From positions 43,033-67,032 of the forward strand of contig DASPLX010000034.1 in the NCBI GenBank assembly GCA_035627375.1: DNA of 24,000 nucleotides, written 5' to 3'. This document shows positions 1 to 8,623 of the stretch, piece by piece. Under the pieces are notes generated by a model. The model was not told the origin of the DNA, made no database searches, and saw only the letters and a program-made list of their open reading frames with translations. Numbering within the stretch: position 1 is the first letter of the stretch; every line of letters begins with the position of its first letter. Origin of the DNA: Paucimonas sp. (GTDB taxonomy: Bacteria; Pseudomonadota; Gammaproteobacteria; Burkholderiales; Burkholderiaceae_D). Position numbers and translations under genes: made by a program.

Positions 1-431
1 AAGAGGCAGAACACCGGATGCGGCTGCCGGCTTTCGCCGTCGCCGGTGACCGCCACGGCGAGGTCGGCATCAGCTTGCCGCAGCGCGCTCGCCAGCCGCG
101 CGACCAGGTCGGCGGGCAGGAAAGGCGAGTCGCACGGGGCCGTGGCCAGATAAGGCGTCGCGCAATGGCGCAAGGCCGTCTGCAGTCCGGCCAGCGGTCC
201 GGCGAAATCCGGCGTCTCGTCCGGCCAGACCGGCAGGCCGAACGCCGCGTAGCGGTCGAGATTCTGGTTGGCGTTGATCATCAGGCCGCCGACTTGCGGC
301 GCCAGGCGCGCCACTACATGCGCCGCCATCGGCGCGCCGCGGAACGGCTGCAAGCCCTTGTCGACGCCACCCATGCGGGAGCCGCGTCCGCCGGCCAGCA
401 CGACGCCGGTGATTTGATCTGTGGATATCAT
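1..431 (-). CDS. mobA: Molybdenum cofactor guanylyltransferase MobA, N-terminal ~143 codons (3' end runs off the window)
   Basis: Not in the ORF track because it has no stop in the window. My own minus-strand translation from ATG (431-429) gives MISTDQITGVVLAGGRGSRMGGVDKGLQPF...GPLAGLQTAL...APCDSPFLPADL...HPVF. This contains the MobA signature blocks LAGGxxxRMGGxDKG, GPLAG and PCDxP. Confidence 0.9.
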   Translation of the reverse strand, partial: MISTDQITGVVLAGGRGSRMGGVDKGLQPFRGAPMAAHVVARLAPQVGGLMINANQNLDRYAAFGLPVWPDETPDFAGPLAGLQTALRHCATPYLATAPCDSPFLPADLVARLASALRQADADLAVAVTGDGESRQPHPVFCL

Positions 432-479
432 CGTTGCGGAAAGCCAGGACGAGAAGAGGCCGTCACGATAGCATGCCGC

Positions 480-1151
480 TCAAGCCGGCGGACAAGCCGC
501 CTGCACCAGTTCCAGCACGTATTCCCCGGCATCCATGCCCGGCAGGCTGAAAGCCAGCCATTCGTGCCAGACCGATTCGTCCGGCAGGTCGGCATGCACC
601 GGAAATCCGCAGAAGCGGCAATGCGGCGGCGCCGTGGATTCCGCCTTGACGCAATACAAGGTGACGCTGTCGCCTCGATAAGGCATGCTGCCGTTCTCGG
701 CCAGCACGAAGGCGCGGATGTCGCGCCGCGGCAGGCGGGCGCGCCAATAGGGCAGGAACATGAAGGTATGGATGGCGGCCACGCCGTCGCGGTCGATGAC
801 GGCTTTCATGCCGTGGCCGAGCAGCGCCAGGCCAAGCAGCGCGAACCCGAGCGCGGCCAGGTTCATGACCAGGGGCGCGCTGGTCGGATCGGGGAGCAGG
901 CGATCGACGGCGAAGGCGATCCACGGCGTTTCGATGTTGCCGCTCATGCTGGATTTCTTGCGCGACCCGAGCGCTTGCAGTGTCCAGAATAGCAACGGCA
1001 AGGCCAGGCATAGCAGCCCGATCCAGCCGTGGCGGCCGATCGGCGTGGTCAGTATCAAGCGTTCGCCCCGGCGGCGGATGGTCAGCACGCGCGGCGTGAG
1101 CGCGTCCGGTTTCCTCGACGGTTCCTGGCGGTCCATGTTGGCGGCGGGCAT
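480..1151 (-). CDS. Hypothetical inner-membrane protein (two hydrophobic helices), immediately upstream of mobA
   Basis: ORF 480..1226 (-). Hydrophobic segments are WIGLLCLALPLLFWTL and LVMNLAALGFALLGLALLG. GC3-rich codons and non-shadow composition. The start is uncertain: TTG at 1226, ATG at 1151 or ATG at 1136, none with a clear RBS. No family recognised. Confidence 0.5.
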   Translation of the reverse strand: MPAANMDRQEPSRKPDALTPRVLTIRRRGERLILTTPIGRHGWIGLLCLALPLLFWTLQALGSRKKSSMSGNIETPWIAFAVDRLLPDPTSAPLVMNLAALGFALLGLALLGHGMKAVIDRDGVAAIHTFMFLPYWRARLPRRDIRAFVLAENGSMPYRGDSVTLYCVKAESTAPPHCRFCGFPVHADLPDESVWHEWLAFSLPGMDAGEYVLELVQAACPPA

Positions 1152-1294
1152 GATGCGGATGGCGACAGCATAACAAGCGCCGGGCCGGAGAGCGAGGTCC
1201 GCGCGCCGCACCGGTACAATTGCCAATCGGGCCCGGCCGCAGTATCGTGCCGGTAGCGTGCCGGTCCGGCCGCCATCCTTCTAGAATCGTTTTC

Positions 1295-2134
1295 ATGACG
1301 CGTCCGCAACTATCCCATGCCGTTACCTGCCTGACCCAGGAGATCGAGGTCCTCGACGAGCGCGGCCGCGCATCGCTGATCTCGATACCGGCCGAGCGCC
1401 CGTTGACGGTCTACCTCGACAAGCGCGAGCTGGTGACGCTGATGACGCTCGGCGGCGCGCCCGAGGCGCTGGTGCTCGGCTACCTGCGCAACCAGCGCTT
1501 CGTGCGCGCGCTCGACGAGATCGCCGCCATCCAGGTCGATTGGGAAGTCGAGGCGGCGGCGGTCACGACGCGCCACGGCGTGGACCGCATCGAGGAACTC
1601 ACCGCGAAACGCGTGGTGACCACCGGTTGCGGCCAGGGCACCGTGTTCGGCGGCTTGATGGATGAAGTCGAGGCCATCGCATTGCCGCGCGACGGACGGC
1701 TCGCGCAATCGACCCTGTACAAGATCGTCGACACGATCCGCCTGCAGCAATCGATCTACAAGCAGGCCGGCTCGGTCCACGGCTGCGCGCTGTTCTCGCC
1801 GGCCGGCGACTTGCTGTACTTCGTCGAGGACGTTGGCCGCCACAACGCGGTGGACACGATCGCCGGCAAGATGTGGCTCGACGGCGTGACGGGCGGGGAC
1901 AAGGTGTTCTACACGACCGGGCGCCTGACCTCCGAAATGGTCATCAAGGGAGCGCAAATGGGCATTCCCTTCCTGTTGTCGCGTTCGGGGACGACGCAGA
2001 TGGGCCTGGCCGTCGCGCAACAGCTCGGCGTGACCATGCTGGCGCGTTGCACCGGCAAGCATTTCCTGCTGGTGTCGGGCCGGGAAAGACTGCAGTTCGA
2101 ACCGCAGCTGCTCGAAGCGCTGCGCATCGCCTGA
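1295..2134 (+). CDS. fdhD: Formate dehydrogenase accessory sulfurtransferase FdhD
   Basis: ORF 1220..2134, with ATG at 1295 (MTRPQLSH...). Characteristic FdhD blocks are present: VVTTGCGQG, SVHGCALF, EDVGRHNAVD and TGRLTSEMVIKGAQMGIPFLLSRSG. Confidence 0.92.
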   Translation: MTRPQLSHAVTCLTQEIEVLDERGRASLISIPAERPLTVYLDKRELVTLMTLGGAPEALVLGYLRNQRFVRALDEIAAIQVDWEVEAAAVTTRHGVDRIEELTAKRVVTTGCGQGTVFGGLMDEVEAIALPRDGRLAQSTLYKIVDTIRLQQSIYKQAGSVHGCALFSPAGDLLYFVEDVGRHNAVDTIAGKMWLDGVTGGDKVFYTTGRLTSEMVIKGAQMGIPFLLSRSGTTQMGLAVAQQLGVTMLARCTGKHFLLVSGRERLQFEPQLLEALRIA

Positions 2135-2152
2135 GTCGCTCCCGGTGAAATC

Positions 2153-2887
2153 ATGTACTTGATCGACGCCATCGGAGCAGCCTTCGGCTTGCTGGCCGCC
2201 GGCGATCCGGCGCTGTGGCAGATCGTCTGGGTTTCGCTGAAGACCGCCGTCGCGGGACTGGCGATCGCGGCGCCGCTGGCGATCGGCGCCGGTTATCTGC
2301 TGGCGACCAAGACCTTTCCTTGCCATCGCATCGCCATCTGGCTGGCGCAGGCGGCCGTGTCGCTGCCGACCGTGCTGATCGGGCTCCTGCTTTACCTGCT
2401 GCTGTCGCGCCAGGGGCCGCTCGGCGGACTGCAATGGCTGTTCTCGCAGCCCGGCATCGTCGCCGGGCAGGCCTTGATCGCCTTGCCGGTCCTGACCGCG
2501 TTCACGCTGGCGGCGGTGCAGGCGGCCGATCCGCGTCTGGCGGAGACCGCGTTCACGCTCGGCGCCTCGCGGCTGCGCGTGATGCTGACCGTGCTGCATG
2601 AAGTCCGCTTCGGCGTGATGGCTGCGCTGATCAACGGTTTCGGCCGCGTGATCTCCGAAGTCGGTTGCGCGCTGATGGTCGGCGGCAATATCGCCGGCGA
2701 GACGCGCACGATCACCACCGCGATCGCGCTCGAGACCAGCAAGGGCGAATTCGCGCAAGGCATCGCGCTCGGCATCGTGCTGATCGCATTCGCCCTGCTG
2801 ATCAATGCCGCCCTGATGCTGCTGCAGGGCGATGTGCGGGCCGGACGCGCGGCGCGCGCCGCGCTGGAACGGGAGGCCGCGCGATGA
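2153..2887 (+). CDS. tupB: Tungstate ABC transporter permease (TupB-type)
   Basis: 244-aa polytopic membrane protein. It has an ABC permease EAA-like loop (ETAFTLGASRLRVMLTVLHEVRFG) and the TupB-typical tail GGNIAGETRTITTAIALETSKGEF. It starts 18 nt after fdhD, and its stop overlaps the tupC start (ATGA at 2884-2887). Confidence 0.8.
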   Translation: MYLIDAIGAAFGLLAAGDPALWQIVWVSLKTAVAGLAIAAPLAIGAGYLLATKTFPCHRIAIWLAQAAVSLPTVLIGLLLYLLLSRQGPLGGLQWLFSQPGIVAGQALIALPVLTAFTLAAVQAADPRLAETAFTLGASRLRVMLTVLHEVRFGVMAALINGFGRVISEVGCALMVGGNIAGETRTITTAIALETSKGEFAQGIALGIVLIAFALLINAALMLLQGDVRAGRAARAALEREAAR

Positions 2888-3573
2888 GCCTGCTCTCGCT
2901 GCGCGGATTGCGCAAGTGCTTCGGGCCGCGCCTGCTGTTCGATATCGAGGCGCTGGAGATCGACGAAGCCGCGGCGTATGTCCTGACCGGCGCCAACGGC
3001 AGCGGCAAGAGCACGCTGCTGCGCATCCTGGCCGGCCTGGAAACGGCGCAGGCGGATCATGTCCGGTTCCTGGGCGCGCCGGCGGCGCTGCATCCCTATC
3101 CGGAGGCGATGCGCCGCGACATCGTCTACGTGCATCAGCACCCGGTGATGTTCTCGACCAGCGTGGAACGCAATATCGCCTACGGCTTGCGATCGCGGCG
3201 CATGGCGCCGGCCGAGATCCGGGAGCGCGTCGACGCGGCGCTGGCGTGGGCCGGCATCGCGCATTTGCGCGATCGCGATCCGGTCCTGCTCTCCGGCGGC
3301 GAAAAGCAGCGCATCGCCCTGGCGCGCGCCAAGGTCTTGCGGCCGAAGCTGCTGCTGCTCGACGAGCCGACCGCCAACCTGGACGGGCCGGCGCGCGAGC
3401 AGGTGATCGCCATGATCCCGGCTTTGCTGCGGGAGGGCGCCAGCGTCGTGATGGCTTGCCATGACCGCGACTTGATCGCCTTGCCCGGCGTGCGCCGGAT
3501 CAAGCTCAAGAACGGCCGGCTCGTCCATCGCCATCGCGATGGCGAAACATGGCCGCTTCGCTCCTTGGGATAA
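2884..3573 (+). CDS. tupC: Tungstate ABC transporter ATP-binding protein (TupC-type)
   Basis: Walker A GANGSGKST, ABC signature LSGGEKQR, Walker B LLLLDEP. The ATG at 2884 overlaps the tupB stop, so the genes are translationally coupled. The longer ORF start at 2665 encodes Arg-rich shadow sequence. Confidence 0.8.
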   Translation: MSLLSLRGLRKCFGPRLLFDIEALEIDEAAAYVLTGANGSGKSTLLRILAGLETAQADHVRFLGAPAALHPYPEAMRRDIVYVHQHPVMFSTSVERNIAYGLRSRRMAPAEIRERVDAALAWAGIAHLRDRDPVLLSGGEKQRIALARAKVLRPKLLLLDEPTANLDGPAREQVIAMIPALLREGASVVMACHDRDLIALPGVRRIKLKNGRLVHRHRDGETWPLRSLG

Positions 3574-3583
3574 GGAACAGCAT

Positions 3584-4405
3584 ATGCACGCTTTATCGAT
3601 GCGCCGCCTTCTTCCGCTGCTGCTTGCCGCTTTCTGCATCATGCCGGCGCGGGCGCAGCAAGTCATCCGGCTATCGACCACCACCAGCACCGACAATTCG
3701 GGCCTGCTGAACCACCTGCTGCCGGCCTTCGAGGCGCGGACCGGTTCCAAGGTGCACGTCATCGCGGTCGGCACCGGCAAGGCGCTCGAAATGGCGAAGA
3801 ACGGCGACGTCGACGCGACCCTGGTGCATGCCCGCCCGGCCGAGGACAAGTTCATGGCCGACGGCCACGGCGCCGGGCGGCGCGACGTGATGTACAACGA
3901 TTTCATCCTGGTCGGACCGGATTCGGATCCGCTCGGCCTGCGCGGCGGGAAGGATATCCTGGCCGCCTTGAAAAGAATCGCCGAGCGCCGCGCGAAGTTC
4001 ATTGCGCGCGGCGACAATTCGGGCACCGACCTGATGGAAAAATCCTGGTGGAAGGAACTCGGCCTCCAACCCGGCGGCGGCAACGGCAACTACCTGTCGG
4101 CCGGACTCGGCATGGGCGCCGTGCTGAACATGGCGGCCGAGTTGCGGGCCTATACGCTGACGGATCGCGCCACGTATGTCGCGTATCGCGCCAAGACCGG
4201 CCTTGCCGTCATGGTGGAGGGCGATCCGCGCATGTTCAATCCTTACGGCATCATCGCCGTCAATGCGGCGCGCCATCCCTCCGTCAATCATCGCGGCGCG
4301 ATGCAATTGATCGAATGGATCACCTCGCCGGAAGGACAACGAAGGATCGCCGGCTTTCGGGTGGAAGGACAGCCCTTGTTTTTTCCGCTGGCCGGTGCCA
4401 AGTGA
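3584..4405 (+). CDS. tupA: Tungstate ABC transporter periplasmic substrate-binding protein (TupA-type)
   Basis: ATG at 3584 follows AAGGAAC. Signal peptide MHALSMRRLLPLLLAAFCIMPARA. The TTTS anion-binding motif (LSTTTSTDNSGLL, codons 3677-3688) is diagnostic of TupA rather than ModA. Confidence 0.8.
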   Translation: MHALSMRRLLPLLLAAFCIMPARAQQVIRLSTTTSTDNSGLLNHLLPAFEARTGSKVHVIAVGTGKALEMAKNGDVDATLVHARPAEDKFMADGHGAGRRDVMYNDFILVGPDSDPLGLRGGKDILAALKRIAERRAKFIARGDNSGTDLMEKSWWKELGLQPGGGNGNYLSAGLGMGAVLNMAAELRAYTLTDRATYVAYRAKTGLAVMVEGDPRMFNPYGIIAVNAARHPSVNHRGAMQLIEWITSPEGQRRIAGFRVEGQPLFFPLAGAK

Positions 4406-4438
4406 GAGCGCGCGTGGAAAAAGCAAGAGAAAAGGCAA

Positions 4439-4537
4439 TCAGGCGATGGCGACGTCGCAGATGCCGAGCAGCAGCAGGCCGAGCGCCAGCTGTTGCATCA
4501 GCCGCTTCCTGAACGAAGGTTTCCTGGGCGACTTCAT
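4439..4537 (-). CDS. Possible 32-aa small membrane/signal-like peptide (MKSPRKPSFRKRLMQQLALGLLLLGICDVAIA)
   Basis: My own translation; too short for the ORF track. It has a basic N-terminus plus one hydrophobic helix. 28 of 31 third codon positions are G/C, consistent with genuine coding in this genome. GGAAG lies about 8 nt upstream. No homology evidence is available. Confidence 0.25.
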   Translation of the reverse strand: MKSPRKPSFRKRLMQQLALGLLLLGICDVAIA

Positions 4538-4673
4538 CGGTTTCTTCCGATCGTGACGAATGAATAACCGTTGCCGTGGAATTCGCCGCTTCGTTTTCGC
4601 GATGCAACGCGGAGTCCGAAATGACGTCTAAGGTTTCGTTTGCCGTCTCCGAAAAAGGGCGAAAGGATCACCC

Positions 4674-4928
4674 ATGAGAAAGCTGCTATTCATCCTATGG
4701 CATATGAGTAAGAGCGATTTGCGCCTGCTCTGGTTCGCGTTGCGGCATCCGCGGCGGCCGGCATGGCTGGTGCCGGCCGTGTTGCTGCTCTTGCTCTACG
4801 CGATCGCGCCCTTCAGTTATGCGATACCGCTGCTCGGCCTCGTCGACGACGTCGTGCTGGTGCCCTTGATGTTCCACTATCTGCTGAAGCTGCTGCCGAA
4901 AGACATATTCACGGGCCCGGTTCGATGA
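4674..4928 (+). CDS. DUF1232 (YkvA-like) small membrane protein
   Basis: 84 aa. The pattern LLWFALRHPRRPAWL...YAIAPFSYAIPLLGLVDDVVLVPLMFHYLL matches the DUF1232 hallmark (D-x-IP-x-x-G-x-x-DD). Confidence 0.75.
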   Translation: MRKLLFILWHMSKSDLRLLWFALRHPRRPAWLVPAVLLLLLYAIAPFSYAIPLLGLVDDVVLVPLMFHYLLKLLPKDIFTGPVR

Positions 4929-5035
4929 TCCGGCCTCGCGTTTCAGCCTAATCCGCGGCGCCCGGACGGCGCGGCGGGTTTCCTGCCGACAATTCCGATT
5001 GTCAGTAAAATGCAAGGTTTTGCAGCGGGGTCGTC

Positions 5036-6469
5036 ATGTCTTCCTCCATCGCGACGCACGAGACGCGCCGTGCAGCCATCCTGAAAGAAGCGCGCGCCCT
5101 GTGGGCGCTGGCCTGGCCGGTATTGATCGGCCAGCTGGCGACGGTCGGCATGTCGGTCGCCGACGTCGTCATGACCGGGCACCTGAGCGCGGCCGACCTG
5201 GCCGCCGTATCGCTCGGCGCATCGATCTGGGCCATCATCCTGGTGGCCGCGATGGGCGTGATGATGGCGATCAACGCCGTCGTCGCGCACGAGATCGGGG
5301 CCGAACGCCATGACCGCGTGCCGCATGTGGTGCGGCAGGCCCTGTGGAAAGGCCTCGGCGTCGGCCTGGCGGCGTGCGCGCTGATGAACGCCGCGACCAT
5401 CATCTTCGATCATCTCCAGCTCGAACCCGCGGTCGCCGCCAAGGCCGCCGCCTTCGTGCACGTGATCAGCATCGGCATGCCGGCGTTCGCGATGTTCCGC
5501 GCGCTGTACGGCTATAGCGTCAGCATCAATTACAGCAAACCGATCATGGTGATCGCGCTCGGCGCGCTCGCCTACAACGTGTTCGTCAACTGGCTCCTGA
5601 TCTACGGCCACTGGGGATTTCCCAAGCTGGGAGCGGTCGGTTGCGCGGTCGCCACAGGCACCGGGCTGTGGCTGACTCTGGCCGCGATGATCTTCTGGAT
5701 ACGCCGCGCGCCGCAATACCGGCCGACCTATCCCTTCACGCATTGGGAGTGGCCGAACAAGCGCGAGATCGCATCGATGCTGAAAATGGGCCTGCCGATC
5801 GGCATCACTTATTTCGCGGAAGTCAGCGCCTTCGGCGCGGTCGGCTTGCTGGTGGCGCGCTTCGGCGTCGTCACGGTCGCGGCCCACCAGATCGCCCTGA
5901 ATTTCTCCTCGCTGGTCTTCATGGTTCCGCTGTCGTTCGGCATCGGCCTGATCACGCGCGTCGGCCAGGCGCTCGGCGAAGGCGATCCGCTGCGCGCCCG
6001 CTTCGTGGCCTGGGTCGGCATCGGCTTGTCGCTGGCGTTCGCCGTGGCATCGGCGGCGTTCATCGCCGTCTTCCGCTACCAGATCGCGGCGGCCTATACC
6101 TCCGATCCCGCGGTGCAGGAGTTGACCGTGCACCTGCTGCTGTTCGCCGCGCTGTTCCAGCTGTCCGACGCGGCCCAGGTGGCGGCGTCGAGCGCGATCC
6201 GCGGCTACAAGGTGACGCGGCCGCCGATGGTGATCCACCTCGCGGCATTCTGGGGCTTCTCGCTGCCGGTCGGCTGCGTGCTCGGGTTGGCGCCGTCCTG
6301 GTTGTCGTTCGCGCCGGCGGCGCCGATGGCGGCCACCGGTTTCTGGATCGGCCTGGTGCTCGGGTTGACGGTGGCGGCGGTGCTGCTGGTGTGGTTCCTG
6401 CATTGCTTGTCGCGGCGGCGCATCGGCGCGGCGCGCGAGCTTACTTGTCCGAACCCCATTGCATCCTGA
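5036..6469 (+). CDS. MATE family multidrug efflux transporter (NorM-like)
   Basis: 477 aa with about 12 hydrophobic segments. The MATE-typical N-terminus is LWALAWPVLIGQLATVGMSVADVVMTGHLSAADLAAVSLG, and there is an internal duplication (second half LKMGLPIGITYFAEVSAFGAVGLLVARFG). Confidence 0.9.
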   Translation: MSSSIATHETRRAAILKEARALWALAWPVLIGQLATVGMSVADVVMTGHLSAADLAAVSLGASIWAIILVAAMGVMMAINAVVAHEIGAERHDRVPHVVRQALWKGLGVGLAACALMNAATIIFDHLQLEPAVAAKAAAFVHVISIGMPAFAMFRALYGYSVSINYSKPIMVIALGALAYNVFVNWLLIYGHWGFPKLGAVGCAVATGTGLWLTLAAMIFWIRRAPQYRPTYPFTHWEWPNKREIASMLKMGLPIGITYFAEVSAFGAVGLLVARFGVVTVAAHQIALNFSSLVFMVPLSFGIGLITRVGQALGEGDPLRARFVAWVGIGLSLAFAVASAAFIAVFRYQIAAAYTSDPAVQELTVHLLLFAALFQLSDAAQVAASSAIRGYKVTRPPMVIHLAAFWGFSLPVGCVLGLAPSWLSFAPAAPMAATGFWIGLVLGLTVAAVLLVWFLHCLSRRRIGAARELTCPNPIAS

Positions 6470-7223
6470 TTCTCGAGAGCGTGCCGTTTTTTTCCAGGCG
6501 CTGGAATGCGGCTTCCAATGATTTCTCGACGCCCGGGGCGGCGCGCTTGCTGACCCCGAAATAGACCGGATCGGCCGCCAGCACGAAGGAATGCATCGCC
6601 AGCTCCTGGAATTCCGGGTTGGTCTGCAGTTGGTAGGCGACGTAGTTCTGGTCTTCGAAGAAACCGAGATTGCGGCCTCCCGCGGTTTTCTTGGCCAGCA
6701 GCGCGCCTTGCGGCACCGCGTCGAAATGGCGGGCGAAGGTCGCATCGCCGGCCAGGCGGCTGTCGAATGCTTCCGAGTATTTCGCGTCCTTCTGGATGCC
6801 GATCGGCAGCCGTGTCCGGGCCGAGGCCTTGAGCAATTCGTCGAGGTTCGAGATCGGCAATTCCAGATGTTCGCGACGCACCACCAGCACGCGCCGCGAG
6901 ATGCGTTCCGGCCCGACGAAATGCATGAACGCTTCGCGGTCCGGCGTACGCGTCAGGTTCGCCATCATGTCGATCTGCCCGGTTTCCATGTAGAGCAGCG
7001 CGCGCGACCACGGCAATTCGACGAACTCGATGTCGAAACCGGCTTCCTTGACGACGGCTTCCGCCAGTTGGACATCGAGGCCGGTCCAGCGGCCGTCCTT
7101 GAGAAAATAATTCGGCGCGAATTGCGTGACGCGCAGCCTGATTTTTTCCGCTGCCGATGCCGCTCCGTCCGGTACGGAAAGCGCGAGGCCGAGCACAACG
7201 ATGAACCCCGCCAGAACGCGCAT
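6441..7223 (-). CDS. Orphan periplasmic solute-binding protein, family 3 (amino-acid-type PBP fold)
   Basis: ATG at 7223 is preceded by AAGGGAGA. Signal peptide MRVLAGFIVVLGLALSVPDGAASA. Family-3 SBP-like blocks FAPNYFLKDGRWTGLDVQLAEAV and GQIDMM. No permease or ATPase gene is adjacent. Confidence 0.8.
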   Translation of the reverse strand: MRVLAGFIVVLGLALSVPDGAASAAEKIRLRVTQFAPNYFLKDGRWTGLDVQLAEAVVKEAGFDIEFVELPWSRALLYMETGQIDMMANLTRTPDREAFMHFVGPERISRRVLVVRREHLELPISNLDELLKASARTRLPIGIQKDAKYSEAFDSRLAGDATFARHFDAVPQGALLAKKTAGGRNLGFFEDQNYVAYQLQTNPEFQELAMHSFVLAADPVYFGVSKRAAPGVEKSLEAAFQRLEKNGTLSRIRMQWGSDK

Positions 7224-7371
7224 GCTTTCTCCCTTCGAGTCGACCAGGCAGTTTCGCATGCGTCCGGCGAAAATTCCACATGGGCGCGCGCCGGTGTTGC
7301 GGGCTGCGCAAGCCTTGAATCGACCCGCGAATCGCTCTACGATCTGCCATCGCCGCCTTTTCTATCCAAGC

Positions 7372-8604
7372 ATGAAATCTTCGACAAATATCCTGGCCGG
7401 CGCCGTGCTCGGCATGGCGGTCGGCACGAGCGCCCATGCGCTCGATCTGCGCGGCTTGCTCGATGCCCGCATCGTCGCCGCCGATGCCCGGCACGGCTGG
7501 ACCCGCGACGGCCTCGGCAAGATGCGCTACGACCAGGCTTCGGACGGCATCCGCCTGGGGCAAGCCTTCGTGCGCGCCGACGGTGAGCCGCTCGACGCGG
7601 TGACGGTATCCGTCGTGCTGAGCGCCGCGGACGACCGGCATGGAGCGCTCGATGTCAACGAGGCATGGATCGGATGGAATCCGCTCCCTGCCGGTCCCTG
7701 GAAGACGCGCGTGAAGGCGGGCGCATTCTTCCCGGCGACGAGCCTGGAGATCGATTACGACAGCGTCGGCTGGACGCCGGTCCGAACGGTTTCCAGCTCG
7801 GCGCTCAACAGCTGGATCGGCGAAGAATTGCGCACCAAGGGCATCGAATTCAACCTGTCGCGGCGCGGCCGCTTCGCCGGCTCGCCGCATGACGTCGGCT
7901 TCACCGTCGCGCTGTTCAACGGCAACGATCCGGCCGGCACGCTGATCGCCTGGCGCGGCTGGGCGATCAGCGACCGCATCAGCGGCTTGTCTGAACCGTT
8001 GCGCCTGGCGGACCTGCCGGTCTACCGGCCGGACGGCGCCATCGCGAAGCAGAGCCGGACCATCCATCTGTTCCGTGAGATCGACGGCCGGGCCGGATAT
8101 TACGCCGGCGCGCAATACGCTTATGGCGAGCGGCTCGAAGCCGCCGTCCTGCATTACGACAACCGCGGCGATCCGCTGATCGTAAAGAATGGACAATACA
8201 GCTGGACCACGCGTTTCGACCACCTGAGCCTGCGCCTGCGTCCCGGCGGCGGCTGGGAACTGGCCATGCAGGCGATGCAGGGCTCGACCGTCATGGGACG
8301 GGCCGCCGTCCGGCTCGACTACGGCGCCTGGTATCTGCTCGCCAGCCATCCGCTCGGCGGCGGAACGGCGGCGCTGCGTTACGACCGGTTCCGGGCCCGG
8401 GAAGACGATATCCTGCCGTCCGATCCCAACGGCGAAGACGGCAGCGCCTGGGCGTTGGCCTACTCCTACCGCATCAACGACGCGCTGAGCCTGGTTGCCG
8501 AAGCGCTGCTGGTGCGCAGCACCCGGCCGGCGCGCGCGCTGGTCGGCGAGAATCCGCGCCTGACGGAACGCGGCGTGACGGCGGCGTTGCGCTGGCAGTT
8601 CTGA
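7372..8604 (+). CDS. Outer-membrane beta-barrel protein, unknown family
   Basis: ATG at 7372. Signal peptide MKSSTNILAGAVLGMAVGTSAHA. Alternating amphipathic beta-strand pattern, and a C-terminal OMP signature ...GVTAALRWQF ending in Phe. Confidence 0.65.
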   Translation: MKSSTNILAGAVLGMAVGTSAHALDLRGLLDARIVAADARHGWTRDGLGKMRYDQASDGIRLGQAFVRADGEPLDAVTVSVVLSAADDRHGALDVNEAWIGWNPLPAGPWKTRVKAGAFFPATSLEIDYDSVGWTPVRTVSSSALNSWIGEELRTKGIEFNLSRRGRFAGSPHDVGFTVALFNGNDPAGTLIAWRGWAISDRISGLSEPLRLADLPVYRPDGAIAKQSRTIHLFREIDGRAGYYAGAQYAYGERLEAAVLHYDNRGDPLIVKNGQYSWTTRFDHLSLRLRPGGGWELAMQAMQGSTVMGRAAVRLDYGAWYLLASHPLGGGTAALRYDRFRAREDDILPSDPNGEDGSAWALAYSYRINDALSLVAEALLVRSTRPARALVGENPRLTERGVTAALRWQF

Positions 8605-8623
8605 CCGCCGGCCTTCGGCTCGG

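Noticed and set aside
18-992. 324-aa plus-strand ORF
   Set aside because: Extremely Arg/Ala/Gly/Gln-rich with no motifs. It lies antisense to the well-supported mobA and the membrane-protein ORF, so it is a typical high-GC shadow frame.
1152-1294. Possible Moco riboswitch in the fdhD leader
   Set aside because: I could not recognise the conserved Moco-motif sequence blocks by eye. This needs a covariance-model scan, so it is not claimed.
1310-4089. Long minus-strand ORFs 1310..2758 (482 aa) and 2392..4089 (565 aa)
   Set aside because: They are antisense to fdhD, tupB, tupC and tupA, all of which have clear family signatures. Their composition is dominated by R/A/G/Q/P/S with no recognisable domains.
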